Positions 63,897-64,000 of a stretch of DNA of 64,000 bases are shown here, one piece after another. The notes under the pieces were generated by a model, which saw only the letters and a list, made by a program, of their open reading frames with translations, had not been told where the DNA came from and made no database searches. Source of the DNA: Chrysomallon squamiferum (lineage: Eukaryota > Animalia > Mollusca). A program made the position numbers and the translations under genes. Within the stretch, counting starts at the first letter, position 1, and every line of letters begins with the position of its first letter. Location of the stretch: positions 12,896,001-12,960,000 of the forward strand of contig CM022670.1 in NCBI GenBank assembly GCA_012295275.1, in the 5' to 3' direction.

Positions 63897-64000
63897 GTAA
63901 AATACCCCCAAAACTTCCTTTTAAACTGAGATTTATTCTTTACTCATATTGCACTTTTTATTTTAACTGTTTTTGGGGGGGGTTTGGGGGTTTTTTGCTC

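Noticed and set aside
1-64000. CRISPR arrays, tRNA/rRNA genes, transposase or reverse transcriptase remnants
   Set aside because: No repeat-spacer array, cloverleaf, rRNA-like sequence or TE-protein motif seen. Short non-autonomous TE fragments cannot be excluded without a repeat library.

Overview
AT-rich, intron-containing animal genomic DNA; the protein divergence suggests an invertebrate, possibly a mollusc, which is an inference. The whole window lies inside one plus-strand gene, the spectraplakin orthologous to vertebrate MACF1/DST, Drosophila shot and C. elegans vab-10. I traced an in-phase exon chain by hand from 12301 to 63896. It runs from the second calponin-homology domain (CH2) through the plakin domain with its SH3 insert, then two giant phase-0 exons of plectin-type repeats (10,308 nt and 7,961 nt), into the start of the spectrin-repeat rod. 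CH1 and the C-terminal EF-hand/GAR region are not in the window. Two single-base frameshifts (about 45891 and about 56610) fall in short homopolymers and are most likely assembly errors. The most interesting signals concern isoform control. They include a hidden 15-codon first exon (MFRCLGKKKKKKKSE) behind a CpG-enriched internal promoter, a Cys-rich upstream exon, and a candidate 6-nt microexon. There are also extra strong splice donors, a tandem-amplified RBFOX (TGCATG) cluster, a long-range intronic inverted repeat next to a cryptic donor, and a GC-AG intron. No prokaryotic features, RNA genes or intact transposons were seen.
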